A DNA stretch of 63,758 bases, filler included, from Folioceros fuciformis (GCA_049999805.1; 13 parts of 13 records of this genome joined end to end with filler, not necessarily neighbours in it); one strand, 5' to 3'. Shown: positions 49,561 to 63,247, numbered from the whole stretch's first letter. Notes: generated by a model not told the origin, from the letters alone. Numbers and translations: made by a program.

Positions 49561-50982
49561 TGGGGGTTGAAGCCACCCCGTGAGAAGGAAAGGCAAGACA
49601 TGCTTGTACGGAGTTTGCACGGTCTGTCAAGCCTGTGCATGGCTCCGTTGTCCACCCTAACCCGTGCCAGAGAATATGATGACACTGGCCACACTGGCAT
49701 AGGGATTGTGGCACCTTTGTGGTAGCATCTCCAAACAACCCAGTCTCAAACCAAGGAGCACACCTTCCCTCCAGGTTTGATGTTGAGACTAAAGTTTCTG
49801 TTCTTGGAGCACTTTTGTCGCCACCCCAAATGACATCGGCATATGTGATGCCATTTTCCTCTTCACACGGACACGCAGGTTGATGTGGCCTGAAGGGATT
49901 GTTCGATCGGTTTGGTTCATCCGCTCTGGAATGCGCCTACCATCGTAGGTGGGTTTGATTTAACCAAGTTGCTCTTTTTCATTAGGTACTTTTGTTATGA
50001 AAAATGACACAAAATCTAACCGATAATTGCAGAAAGGCATGGTGCGAAAGTCATGACAAAATGGTGGACGGTTGGCTGCCTTCCAGTTCACACCATCGCG
50101 TTCCCAGCCCACTCCCGCGTCAAGCTTCAGCACAGCCAACACATGCCAGCCGGATTCTGCTGCAGCTCCTTTCACGGAACTTTACATGTGCACAGTTCCC
50201 AACAAAAGTAAGCAAGCAAGATTTGCTTGCGGAATCCAAACATGATTACAGAAGAGATCAGGAATGCGAGTGGTGTTAAAGTAAGCGAAACGAGACAAGG
50301 GGCGGTGTAAATGAGAGTAGCGTTACCGGCATCGATGTACGTGGTAATTATGTAACGTATGTTGCGCGTGAGCGATGTTGGGGTGTTTTCCCTCGTCGGG
50401 GTTAAAGCGGGTGTCGCCGCCGGAGCGATCGGGGCCGTCGATGCAGGCCAGGGCCAGGAACCTGCCTTGCATAACGCCATGAGCTATGGCGATGCACATG
50501 CCCATGTCCTGCTCATTGTGCAAAGAAGCGCAAGAGCAGGTAGCTGCGGCATCGCTATCGGCATCGACCAGTGACGCCAGTCAGGCGGACGCTGCATAAG
50601 CACTTCCGAGGCCAGCCAGCGCGCCAGTTTCAGCTCCAGCCTGTGGCCCAGGCGGCCGCCAAGCCCAGCCCAAGCCCACGGCATCGCCACTGCCTCCTCT
50701 CAGGGTTTGATTACCAGCGCGTGGAATCCCGGAATGGCGGCCTAGATCGGCTGGCTGGATGCGCGCAGGATCGATGCCGCTAGGATGCCATCGGGAAGCG
50801 GCGGGCTGCGTCTCTGGGAGTGGCGCCACCTGATCTGATGCGGCCCAGGGGACTTTTGCTATCTCTGCTCTCGCCTCTTGGACGGCTGGACATCCTAGCT
50901 TCTTCCTGAATCATCTTCTGCAGGCGGGGGGCGAGGCTGGTAGCCTCAGGTTTAGATTGCCGCGGCCCTTGGCCACACCAGA

Positions 50983-52020
50983 ATGGCAGCGGAGGATCTC
51001 ATAGAGCTCAAGTTTCGCCTTCACGATGGCACGGACATTGGACCCAACAAGTACGACCCAGCCACCACCGTCGCCGTCTTGAAACAGAACATTCTTAGTC
51101 AGTGGCCCCAAGGTGAGTGAGGCGCTTGCGCTTGCTTCTCCTGCTCTCTTTTTGTTCTTTTTTTTTTTGTCCCCTTCTGTTTCGGCGCTCACGCCCCTCG
51201 CCACCGCTGGATGCTGAATTTGAACCAGTGGCAGCTCTTGATCGTCTGGTTGGTTAGTAGGTTGGTAGGTAGGGAGATAGGGAGGGCATTCTTGACCTGA
51301 GTCGGGTGAAGTACGATTTGTGTTGCTTGGATGCGGAACAGCTTTGGATGCATTTCTATGTCCTCCTTCTGTATGCGTGGTTGAAGTCTTGACCCGTGTT
51401 TTCTGGGTCCCAATTTCTTTCGAAGCAGAAAAAGAGAATGGGCCGAAATCGATTAGCGACATGAAATTGATCAACGCCGGGAAGGTTCTTGAGAATAGCA
51501 AGACCTTGGCTGAGTCGAGAGTTCCTGTTGGCGAGCTTCCTGGTGGAGTTATCACAATGCACGTGGTTGTCCGCCTTCCTACGTCCGATCAGAAGGATGG
51601 TAAGTTTACTTCAGTCTGGAATGGTTTGGCTGCGCTTGGCTTGGGTTCGCCGTCCACCATTCTCCTGTTCAAGGAGTAGTAAGCTGCAGGGGATTGGGTT
51701 CCAGTGGACTGGACGGAAGTGTTGAATTGCTATTTTTCCCCTTTTCGCCTCCGGGCATGTTGTATACTGCAGTGGGGTTGCTCGGTGTGCTCCGATCAGA
51801 TGGCAGCATGATTTGTGAGTATAGGGTTAACATGTTGTATAATGTTTCTGACATGGGGCAATGAGTGGTTCCCTGATCTCTGAGGGCTTTTTATCTGTGT
51901 ATCATTTGTCCGACCCATCATTGGTGCTTGTTGCTGAATCTACTCCCTGTGAATGATTCAGCAGAAAAACAGCCCTCCGACGCTCCCAAGAACAATAAAT
52001 GCCATTGCGTGATCCTTTAG
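50983..52020 (+). CDS. MUB: Membrane-anchored ubiquitin-fold protein, 3 exons
   Basis: MAAEDLIELKFRLHDGTDIGP..QWP|EKENGPK..KLINAGKVLEN..TMHVVVR|..KCHCVIL* (CaaX box). Confidence 0.94.
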
Positions 52021-53345
52021 CAAGGATCTCTAGGACGGTGTGTTGAGGGTGAGGTGGTGGAATCGATCCGCCTTCAGCTGAACCTGTATTTGAATTTTGG
52101 CACCCTCAGCCACACCCTGGTAATGCTGTAGTGCTGCTGCGAAGGAGCCTGAAGTATACTTTACAGAATTTGGGGAGAAGCTTTAGGTGCTACAGAGTTT
52201 ATGGTTATCTATCCAGTAATTCTTGGAGGCCTGGTGAGGCCCATATGGTCAAATTTTCTAGAGCTGCAAGGAGATCTTCTAGTTGTGGATGTGACTCGGA
52301 TGAGCTGTGAGGCAGCATGCACTAGCCTTCTTAGTATGAGCAAATCCATGGGCAGCAAGAGGCTTGAACGAGAATTGGCAAGACGACAGCAGCCCAGCAG
52401 TCGACCCTTCACTCAACCTCCCTCCGTGAATGGGTCTGACCGAAATGTGTTCCTGGTCCTGGTCAATTATTGACCCAGCACCTCTAGCCAAATTTCGACT
52501 GATTTGTCTGATCCCTTCGTGGATGAGGCAGGCATAACTCCAGCTCAATCATACTACCATGGAAGCCTAAACAAAATTAAGGACCTGCAGGTACATATTT
52601 CCAGAGGATGGAATCAGTGTGATTTGGTTGCCTCTTTCACTCTCCGTGGTGGCTTTGAAAGGGGTTTTATTGTAGGTGTGGCGACCCTAGTTGATCTGTG
52701 GTATAGTGGTGGCTGGGCAGTACGTTCCAGTGGTTTGCGTGGATTCCTGACTAGAAAGCTCCGTCAACCGTGTTTGAAGTAAGCTTCCTCCTCTGCTCCT
52801 GTTGGGCACTGGTGCACGGTCAGAAGCAGCCGGCCGGCGGTCTTTCTCTTCGGGTTCGTGGCAGGGGTGCTGTGTATTTTAATGTTGAACGTCTAGGCAG
52901 GGGTATGATGGTGTCTATGGGTTTGGGCTACGTAGCGGACGTCCCGTCCCTCAATACCTCTTACTTGAGAGAGGCGACGAAACGTTCGCTCCGTCGCAAG
53001 TCCTTTTTTTATGTCTTGTTTGTCTGCACCACACTGGCTAGCTTCCATGTTCGTAAGCAGGCCACAAAAGTATCATGTTGACCTCTGTCACGTTTTAGCC
53101 ATAAAGGAAGTAGATTTTATTTTCATCCATGTACAGTTACTTACATATATTCGTCATACTGTCAATTTTTTCACATACAGCAGGAGTTCCAAGAATCTGT
53201 TGGAACCCTGATTCGAAACTGTACAACGAAAGACGCGAACCAGATCCCCCTGTTCAGGAATCTTGGTTGCACACATACCCAGGGATATGTATGTCCTTCG
53301 CGAGAAAGGTACAGCCTTCGTTCATTAAATATTTACAGGCCCAGA

Positions 53346-56300
53346 TCACCTGACAGTGGAACTCCTCGCCCTAGGATGCAACCGCGTACCCAAGTAAGGA
53401 CTTGAGACAGTCAGGTGTGACTTGGCTGCTTCTGTCGACTCGTCCGTCAAGTTACTTGACGAGAGATGAACATTCAGAGCCTCTTCCGTCAACCCACTTA
53501 GAGACCGATGACTCTTCCCGCTGTGGCTCCGCGGTAGTACTGTGCTATGGGTTCGAAGGCGATCGTTTCCCACCTTCGGCCCACCACTATTGTTGTCAAC
53601 AAAGCTTGCTTGCTCCGAGTCATCTGGAATCGGAGTGTCGGCCTCTTCAGCGTCGTAAGACCACTCTTCATCATCTGGCTCGTCCCCTTCGTCACCGAGT
53701 CGAAAGTCATCGCCATCTTCATCAGATATGATACTTTGGTCGTCAACTGAACCTTCCACCTGGAAAAAGCGCACCTCCTGTTCAGATCTCTCCCCATACT
53801 ATACTACTGTAGAAGGGAGTGCAAATGAGCAGCCCGAGCCGAGTACCTCATCCTCCTCTGCTTCTTCAGCGTCACTGTTGTATTTGGATTCCTCCTCTTC
53901 GGCTTCCTCCTCACTGTCTGAAACGCTTAAGTCGTCAAAAATTAGCTGCATACAACACAGTAGAGGAGGTGAGCGACCATAAACAGACGGCAAACTAAGT
54001 ATTTGGACATAACATAACAAAACAACCGAGAAAACGTCTACCTCCTTGTCAGAGTTGTCTCGAGGAGAAGACGAGTGCTCTCGAGGAGAAACAGCGTAAG
54101 GAGAACCATGACCACTACCATCATAGGGGTCCCCTCTGGAGCTTTGACCGTCCACACTACCATGACTACTTGTCCCACCAGCATCATTGGGCCAAGCACT
54201 GAGACCGTAACTTCCAAACTGCAGATTTACAGGTTCAGCTGTTCCTATCTCCCCTGTGATGGGTCCATAAACTGGACTGCCAATCTCACTGCTATCGCCA
54301 TTGCTGAGGAGTTTTCCCTCAGCACTGGACGTCACAATAGGCCACGCCTTTGCAACCGAACCATCCACATTCATGAGAGCCATGAGTTGCCGGGATGATC
54401 CTTTCCTCTGAATAAGTTGAAACATATACTTAGAGCTGAGAGCTGAAGCCGCATACTGATTTTGATACTCCTGGTTCACCACCTTCACTGTCATGGTGGC
54501 CCTGTCAAAGAGGGGCTCCCCCTTCTCTCGTCTTCTTAAGGAGCTGAAAATAGTTGCATGTATAGCTGCGACACTTTTATCCACATTGGTGTTGTTTACT
54601 TTGGGCACCAAGAATTTGTCAGCTCGGGAACACAGGTACTCTTGAATTGTCCTGATGTTGCGGATGTACTTGACATACTTGTTCCTCGCCGGATCTAAGG
54701 TCATGTATTTTGCTCGGACTGCAAACCGCTCGAGATGCTTAGCCTCGTTCGATATATACACCATGAAAGGTATGATGGACGGATGTTTCGCCATCAAAGC
54801 CATCTGCGTTGAGGAGAGAGAACACGCGTCAACACAGTGCTTTACACAGGTTACTCCTAATTAAAAACCATGGGCTCTTATGACGTAACGTCAACCTTGG
54901 CCGGAGCACACAATTAAGGTGACACTAAGAGAGACTGCCACAGAATTCAACCGTGCGAGACATGTTAGGTGCCACTGAGGACTTACCACAAAATTTAAAC
55001 TCAAATGGACGCCCTCCACAATTACAGACTCTCCCTTTTGTTCCCACGAAGTTAGAAGTCTGTCCAAGCTATCAATCACCATCTCACTTTGCGCTTTGTA
55101 GCCTGCTAAGGCCATAGTCTTGGGCCCGACTAATGAATCAGCCCAATCAGGTGAAAGATCAGCTTGTACACTCTTCAGTTTGCCGTCACCGCTACCCAGT
55201 GGAGGCTCCAGAACTTCAGCAGGGAAGAGATTTTCTCCACCATTATATCTGGCAGCCACTGAACCATTAAGATGAGCTCCATTGAGACCAAGTTCATCTG
55301 AACTAGGGTGCATAGGTAAGCTCGACATCTTTGCTGCCCTCTTCTTGGATTTTGCTTCAGCAACTGCTACAGGATCCAAACACTCCCCAGCATGATAGGT
55401 GGATGCCCAAAGCAAAGGATTTTCCTTCTCGTCAACAAAACTCCTCATCATATGCCGCAGAGAGTCAGTGGAGACTACTGTTGTGATGCCTAGCCTGCTT
55501 GCCTGCACAAATCATGAATCAGCGTGTGCTGCTGTGGGAACAGAAAACACTTCACAGACTGAAGTCTTGGTAAAAAAAATCAGGGGTCTTCGAAAGAGGC
55601 AGTCTTTTATGCACCCAAGGAATTTGACATTCTAGGGCAGGATCATAACTGACTGACAAAGAGTGGGAACATACCAACAGTGAAGAGAGTGTGGATTTGC
55701 CACAACCACTCGTTCCACACAGCAAAATTGTCACCGACGACTTCCTTTCCCGAACCCTAAGGAAGATCAAGAGGCATTTGGGTTCAGGTTCACCACATCA
55801 AGCAGAGCTAAGAAAAATAAAAATAAAAAGAACAGGACAGGTCCCTCCATTCTGAGCTAAGTTGATGGGCTTCGCAGCAAACCAGAAAAATGGTAACGAA
55901 GCAAGAAAAAAAAGAACGATCTGGACAACTATGGGGATAGAGGAGGAGATGAAAAGACGAAGCAACTCAGACATGACCCTAGCTAGTCGTTACCTGCAGG
56001 CCATGGTCAAATCTGCTCGCTGATTGGGGCCAACATACTGGTACTGCGCCAAGGCCTCGCAGACAACGTCTAAAAATTTTTCCCGGGTGATGGTAACCGT
56101 GGAGCGCTTTCTGGAAGCGTGCTTCTTGATACCGGGTGCCAGGGATTCGAGCTCCTTGCCATCAATCTTGGTTGGCTCCTTACTTCGTTTACTCACTTCC
56201 TCTCCATCTAAGCTGATCCCCGGTGGCATGAGAATCTTGCTCGGTTTAACAGGAAGCTCAGCCTTAAGGATGTCAAACACCCGATCACAAATCTGAAACA

Positions 56301-56627
56301 GAATCCAAGAAGCTAGATGAAACAAAAGGCCCCTTTGCCAGTTGCGACACAAAACACAAGACGAGGTGACCCGGCCAAAAAGGACAATAAAAAGAAGGGG
56401 AAAAAAAAAAAAAACCAGAGCGATGGAGTATAGGCGGCCCGGCCGCACATGAGAGAATAGCAATTTACCTTGAAAGCGTGGCGAGGTTTGCATCCCATGA
56501 ACTGCAAAGTACTCTGCAGTAGGGAGCGCGTGTAGCGAGAAGGCGGTCCACCTGGTCGCCTTCTGCCGGGGGACTCAGTGTCCCCATCTTGGACCAGAAT
56601 GTAGACAACTTTGTGGCGGTCCGTCAT
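53346..56627 (-). CDS. LPA1: P-loop NTPase LPA1 homolog (2-phosphoglycerate kinase-like), multi-exon
   Basis: [23 protein letters not shown], Walker [51 protein letters not shown]. Confidence 0.92.
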
Positions 56628-57090
56628 GGCTAAAGGTTTGTGCTCGCCCGCAAGTAGCTAGCACGAATTCAAAAGGGACAGCAACCTACAGGCAAAAGGG
56701 AGCGCAACAACAACAGCTTGAGCATTGGAATCGCGGTTACCAAGATAAGATGAGATCCGTAAAGAGATGAGATTTGCGAAATTGGTGCACAAGCCAGATC
56801 AAGGCACCACTCACAAGCACCAGGCGGACAGGGAAACGTGAATGCCGGATCCCGGGGAGCGGGAGGGACAATGTCTAGCGGAACTTGCCCGTCACACTCC
56901 AGCGGTAGTGCTGAATAGAGGCGACGCAGGCCGGCCTGGCCTGGAGCGCAAGCAGAGGCGGGGAAAAAAATGGAGGGGGAAGCAGAGGCANNNNNNNNNN
57001 NNNNNNNNNNNNNNNNNNNNNNNNNNNNNNNNNNTTAATTAATTAANNNNNNNNNNNNNNNNNNNNNNNNNNNNNNNNNNNNNNNNNNNN

Positions 57091-57644
57091 TCGACCTGTC
57101 CACTCTTGTTCCTTGCTTGGACAAGTGCTGTAGGCCGGCCATGTTTCATGGCGTCTGGTAAGGTTGTAGGGGGGAGATGCCCAAGAGGGGAGTGTGTTCC
57201 CTTCTTCCTTTTGTTTGGGGTTAGTCTAGTGACTCTTGCTGGGTAGGAGGAGTCAGTAGGGAAGTGTACAAGCTAGTGGTGTCGTTGCTGGTTGCTGGTA
57301 GTTGCTGGTGTTGGTGCTGGAGTGAGAGAGTGAGTGAAGTGTGTGAGGGAAGTCGCAGATCTGAGAGGTTAGAGTCGTTGTAGTGACTAGAGTGAGTTTG
57401 TGGGCACCGAGAGAGGTGCAGCTAACCGCCGGACAGCGAGGCCTGTCCTACACCTGATCGGAGCTGGAGGGGAGCCCTCGAATCCATCATCGAGTTGATC
57501 AAGTCCGACCCTCCATCCACAGCAGCAAGGAACCCCATCGCTCCTTCGTGGGAACGAAACCCAATGTCTCAACGACAATGGGATAAGTGTGGCCACTAAA
57601 GGTGGAACCCGTTGGCAATCAGTGCCCAGGGTTTTGCCTCCACA
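57091..57644 (-). mobile_element. Third copy of the LTR-like repeat starting TGTGGAGGCAAAA
   Basis: Reverse complement of ~25358-25900, with the same terminus and a different flank. Confidence 0.87.
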
Positions 57645-57923
57645 GAGGCGAGGACATACACCTTTACAGCTTCAGACGTGTGTCTGGTTGCTCCGGTGCT
57701 GGAGCGATCGGTGTCGCTTTTGTTTTATGCTCCGCCTCTGAACAGGTTCGTGTGGGTGACTCTGTGAGTTTCACTAAATTTGGTAGCAGGGTGTTAATCC
57801 TGTTTAATGACTGATTCAGTGTGTTCCTCACAACGTCCACAGCATCTACCAGGTCTTCTGATTGAAGGCAGATTGCTCTTTGATGCGTGTCTTCGTGAAT
57901 CGCCTCAGACCTGGTTAGGTAAG

Positions 57924-57993
57924 TGTGAACCTCCAAAGTTTGGGGTAGTAGTTTGTTTTGGTTGAAAAAGGGTTAATAGTGGTATGGTTTGGT
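57924..57993 (-). repeat. ~70-bp segment shared with 26889-26958, ending ...GGAGGTTCACA; probable LTR 3' terminus
   Basis: Reverse-complement identity with the start of the 26889 contig stops exactly after CA. Confidence 0.75.
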
Positions 57994-58479
57994 TTTCTTT
58001 TTCAACTTATTTTCCCTAATTTTCTATTATTTTCTGGTCATTTTTCCTATTTTTCTTTGTGCTAATTAGGTTAATTGATCAAGAAATAGTTGGTTTGGTT
58101 ATAAGAGTGGGTATAGGTTTGGTCCCAGACCTGGGAAGGTTTAGGTTCGGTACCAGGCCATAGGGTTGGGAAAGTTTGAGTCTAGGTCTGGTGATTAGTT
58201 TAATATTAATTAAAGATATATAATATTAAATGATTAAATAATAATATAATAATATTAAATAATAAAAGAAATTGGTAGGGGAGGTATTGGGGCCGTTCTA
58301 AGTGAAGGAATGGTGCCTACCTATTGATGGGACGTGTGGCCAGATTGGTAGGTACGTGGTTGGGAGAGTTGACTAGCGTAGGGGAGTGATAGACGTAGCT
58401 GACCAGGCTCAGAGGGGAGCGATTCCGCGGAAACCTACAACCACCGTGGGATTGATGTGGCCACGATACATGTGAGCGG

Positions 58480-59582
58480 GTGCCTGGTAGGGATACTATG
58501 CCCGCTTGCCCACATCAGGTAACGCAGAACCCGCTTTGCTAGTCCAATGTTGTTGGCCAGGATTAGCTAGGAACCTGGACACATAGTGTGATGCCAAGGA
58601 AATCTCAAGCCGCGTCCACCCTGCTAGCTAGACGAGGCATCCGGCCAGTTCTCCGAAAGGTACCCCTTCCATCTCAGCTCGTTCTTCTTTTGTTGAAGGT
58701 GATTGTTCAGTTCACATGATCGCTCCTACAGGTACTGGTGTCTCCACGGTCTTGCACTCCGTCATATTGAACTTGTCCAGCAGTCTTTTGACATAGTGCT
58801 CTTGATGAATGAAGATGCTGTGGTCGACAGGATTGACCTTGGCTTGTACCCCTAGGAAAAAATTGATGCTCCCCTGATCTGTCATCTTAAATTCAGAGGA
58901 TAGTATGTCTTTCACCTTTTGCATGATCCTTGGAGAAGTCGCAAAGATGAGAGTGTCATCAACATACAGCGCAAGGTAAGCTGTGTCCTTCCCTTCTCTC
59001 AGCAGATAGACATTACCATTAGATGGAGATTGTACGAATCTTGACTTCATTAGGTAGTCATGTATGCGCTTGTACCATGCTCGAGGTGATTGTTTCAACC
59101 CATACAGGTTTTCTTCAGCCTACACACATGCGTTGGATGCTCCTTGCTAACATACCCTTCTGGTTGTTGCATGTACACTTCTTCATCAAGTACGCCATTC
59201 AGAAAGGCTGTTTCAACATCCATTTGATGGACTTTCATGTTCATTTCTGCAGCCACGGCTAGGAGAGTGTGGACCGAGGTAGCACAAACTACGGGTGAAA
59301 ACGTTTCTTTGTAGTCCAACCCTTCCTTTTGGGAAAAACCGTGCACAACTAACCTCACCTCATACCTTCCCATGCTCCCATCCCGTTTTAGCTTGTGCTT
59401 GAAAACCCACTTGCAGGTGATGGGTTTACGGTTGGTTGGCAAGGGTTCTAGTACCCATGTGGAGTTGTCCATCAGCGACTTGTATTCTTGATCAATGCCG
59501 ATTCTCCAATGAGCCTTATCAGGTCCAGTCAATGATTCCTGGTATGTCCTTGGCTCCCCCAAGTCTTGTGCTGACACTAGAG
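58480..59582 (-). mobile_element. Ty1/Copia reverse transcriptase remnant
   Basis: EPRTYQE, CKWVFKHK, YKETFSPV, HQMDVETAFLNG, KQSPRAW and LYVDD, with frameshifts. Confidence 0.95.
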
Positions 59583-60031
59583 NNNNNNNNNNNNNNNNNN
59601 NNNNNNNNNNNNNNNNNNNNNNNNNNTTAATTAATTAANNNNNNNNNNNNNNNNNNNNNNNNNNNNNNNNNNNNNNNNNNNNGTCCGCTCTGAGCCAGTG
59701 GGGAGCTGCAGATATTTGAGTTTCGCCTCCAATTGCTACCCCATTCTTCGTGCGTACTACCACCTCATAATGTGGCTTTGTGTAGAGCTGAAACTTCCTA
59801 GTCCCATGCAAAAACCGTCGCCTCTAGTTAGTTGGGGGAAAATCCAAATCCCTAGGGGGCAATATGTTCTCAGACGGTGTCCATTTCTCCATGAATAATG
59901 GACTAAAGATCCACGCATTTTTTGTAAGTGGATGAGGAATCTAAACTTTGGAACCTCCCTGCTTGATTATACTCACATACTCCCTACATTGGTAGGCTTG
60001 GGCCTAATGGATAGTGAGTCTGCTTGATGAA

Positions 60032-60227
60032 CCCCTCACACATTACTTCTCCTTGCATACCATGTCGAAAAGGTCATCCTCAGGGGGCTCCTACACAATT
60101 CAAGCTAATGATAGCAAACACTGCAAACTCCCCTCACACATTACTTCTCCTTGCATACCATGTCGAAAAGGTCATCCTCAGGGGTCTCCTACACAATTCA
60201 AGCTAATGATAGCAAACACTGCAAACT
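60032..60227. repeat. 98-bp tandem duplication
   Basis: cccctcacacattacttctccttgcatacc...ctgcaaact at 60032 and 60130. Confidence 0.92.
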
Positions 60228-60338
60228 CACACACATCACAATGTTTTGTGCCTAAAGGCGGTAGGGAAGTTGTTGGCCACATCACACATGTCTACAAATG
60301 GGCTGTTGTTGGAGGAGCAAAAAATGAGAAAGGAGGTT

Positions 60339-60443
60339 TACAATTAATTGTGTACAAGATTAGAGTCAGAATGTACAATTAATTGTGTACAATATTAGAG
60401 TCAGAATGTACAATTAACTGTGTACAAGATTAGAGTCAGAATG
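60339..60443. repeat. 35-bp tandem repeat x3
   Basis: tacaattaattgtgtacaagattagagtcagaatg at 60339, 60374 and 60409. Confidence 0.93.
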
Positions 60444-61329
60444 TCTTTTGACACACACCATGCCATTGCCAGCCAAAGGAGGCCCAAGGAGCAGCCCTTA
60501 ATAGTGTGTTATCCATTGAATTGACTCTGACATATTGGTTTTTGTATTTCATTTTTTGAGTACTTTGTATGTCCGTTTATTCCCATAAACTTCATCCTCA
60601 TGTCCATACAATGCTATACATATATAGTGGAACAACATCTCCATCTAGGACCTCCCATGGGCGTTACTCCACGTTTAACCGTTCCTCCGGAAGTTCTCTG
60701 TGTGCGACGAACTTACTACGCGCATCCTCGCTTTTGCATTGCCGGCCTTGAAGAAGTCGGGTTTCCATAACACTAGCCAGCAGTTGCCTTGTGAGGTGTT
60801 ATGGCATGGTGCGTTCAGTACACATCCGCGTGCCATCTTGCACACTACGGAGTTGGAGAGCCTAAGTATCCACCCTCGTAAGTCACAACTTGGCACAACA
60901 AGAAATGCGGAGTCACCGCGGACTAGGTAGCCACACGCGGACAAACCAAGTGGGCGAAGGTGGTCTTTCGTTAAGGGCGCTCAGTGTGCCATAAATAGAC
61001 TAATTTTCATCAATTTCAGCCACATTTGTCCCCGGGATTCGTTTGTGGCAACACCGTCGTCCAAATTCCTTCGCGCTGTGACGCGGAGAAGGTCACCTCC
61101 GTCGTCGCTTGCTTGTTCCGAAACTCATATCTCAAGGCACCGGAGTTCTGGAATCAGTAGTCTGTACAACTTTCCGGATGCTCGATCTCGCGCAGCCTTT
61201 TCATCCAGGAAATGGCACAGGGCACGTAGCCTACAGGAGCCATCCAGAACTACTTCACCAGGGGACCAGTTTCCTCATGCCAAATACAGAGCCCAATATT
61301 GGTGTAGAGTGAGTAAAGTATGTTGACAC

Positions 61330-61750
61330 CAACAAGGTCCTCCTTGCATCCATCTCCTTTGCTTCCTCCCACGTCTCAGCCACTGCATAAATGTTGGACA
61401 TGAATGAAAAAAGTGTAGAATCTTTTCCATCCAACTTCACTGCAAGCTCAAAAGCCTGTTACCCAACCTCAACATTCTTCCACTTCTCACAGGAACCTAA
61501 TAGCATGAGCAACATTGCAGCAATAGGAGGAAAAAGCATGGTCTTGGTGATCTCTAGAGCCTTGCCTAAATGGCCTGCATGCCCCAGAAGATCCATCATG
61601 CATCTGAATTGGTGTACGATTGCACTGATGCCATAATCCTTCCGCATCACCTCCAAGTACTTTCATCCCTTGTCCACTAGACCAGCATGACTGCACACCA
61701 TCAGCACACGGAGAAAGGTAGTGAAAGCCATTGACCTCTACACAGACCCT
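61330..61750 (-). pseudogene. PLS-E class PPR remnant
   Basis: MRKDYGI..HQFRCMMDLLGHAGHL..LLGSCEKWKNVEVG*QAFELAVKLD..MSNIYA. Confidence 0.82.
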
Positions 61751-61968
61751 TTCATTATCAAACACTAGCAGAGATCGTAAATAAGCAAAATGGTTCCAAA
61801 GGTCTGCAACAAGTATCTGCACAAACAAACACCATTTAGCAACATTTAATCATGATGAGAATCATAGCTGCTTCAGGTAGCAAAACATAGCAAGCAGATA
61901 GTAAAAGCTTTGCACAAAAAGAGTTGTATGCATTGTTTATAATAGAAAGTACAAAGCCTTTATATAGG

Positions 61969-62132
61969 CTAAGTGGTTACAACCATATGGTGGTTGTAAC
62001 CATAAGTAGTTCTAACCTCTAAGTAGCTGTAACCATAAGTAGTTCGAACCTCTAAGTGGTTGTAACTATAAGTAATTCTAACCTCTAAGTGGTTGTAACC
62101 ATAAGTAGTTCTAACCTCTAAGTAGTTGTAAC
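61969..62132. repeat. Minisatellite of alternating 16/17-bp units (33-bp period)
   Basis: Repeated taagt.gttgtaacca and taagtagttctaacctc. Confidence 0.88.
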
Positions 62133-62573
62133 AACTAACTACTCAATAAACTACCTAAAGCCCTAAGAACTAAATTAATTAATAGTCTTAGGTGCCCTAA
62201 TGAAGAGTGCCCTAAATAGGTCATATTTCATCACTCCCACTCACTATGAACTAGGTGTGAAGAAATGGCTTCAAAATAAGCCTGAAAAGGCTAGTTAGCT
62301 CCAACTAACTTGAAAGCTATCTACTAAGGAAAACAATTAAAAACTGGCTTAAGTTACATTTAAGTAGAATTTAATGTAATCAAAACTAATTACCAAAAAA
62401 TTAATTAGGAAATGATGAATTCCTAAACAAGGTAAAAATATAAAAGTAAAAGTAAAAAGGAGTAAAAAGTGAANNNNNNNNNNNNNNNNNNNNNNNNNNN
62501 NNNNNNNNNNNNNNNNNTTAATTAATTAANNNNNNNNNNNNNNNNNNNNNNNNNNNNNNNNNNNNNNNNNNNN

Positions 62574-62921
62574 GTCCTTAGGCTGTTGCCACACATGTAT
62601 GACCGGTATATGAGGTCTCATTTCCTCCCCGACTTCGCCCATGCAGAGCACATGTATGCGGATCCAAGCTACGACTTCTTCTCCAACGCTGCGGACATTG
62701 TGATCCCAGTATTCTCCTTGGTTCTTGCTTTTGTAGTCTGGGTCCAACAGAGTTGCAGCTATGCTCCCTGGGCTAGGTTCTTTTCGAGGTCTTCCAAGCC
62801 TCAGGGAGCTGTCTCACGCTGGACGACTGAAACAGAACTTTCCAGAAGAATACAGCAAGCGCTTTCTTCTATACCGGAAAACAGGCCGATCCTGACGAGG
62901 GGGGAGGACCCCAATGACTAA
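62574..62921 (+). CDS. 3' end of a DUF2921-family membrane protein
   Basis: RLLPHMYD..YADPSYDFFS..DIVIP..LAFVVWVQQ matches the recalled C-terminus of the family. Confidence 0.7.
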   Translation, partial: VLRLLPHMYDRYMRSHFLPDFAHAEHMYADPSYDFFSNAADIVIPVFSLVLAFVVWVQQSCSYAPWARFFSRSSKPQGAVSRWTTETELSRRIQQALSSIPENRPILTRGEDPND

Positions 62922-63247
62922 GTCTGGCGTACCCCCGAGTTCGGATCAAATAATTGCTGATTGTGAACGGAAGGGCCGGAAGTCTTCCCCGAGTTTCTCT
63001 GTCAGGTATCAAGTTAACCAGTGGGAGTGTGAGGAACGATGAGCTCGAGACACTGACAATTCTACACTTGGTCGTGTTCAAGCAAGTTTGAAGTGTAGCG
63101 AGCTTTGGCGGTCGCGAGAACTTGAATTTTTAATGTTCGTTCTGAGCATTGTTAGTTTAGGGTGAAGATTGGAAATAGCGAGGCATAGGTAGACACTCAA
63201 ATAAATGTTGAAGAAGAAAGCATGAAGAATCCCGGATTTCGCAGTTA

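Noticed and set aside
60600-61300. Possible F-box-associated gene remnant on the minus strand
   Set aside because: Only a vague resemblance, with multiple stops and no diagnostic motif.
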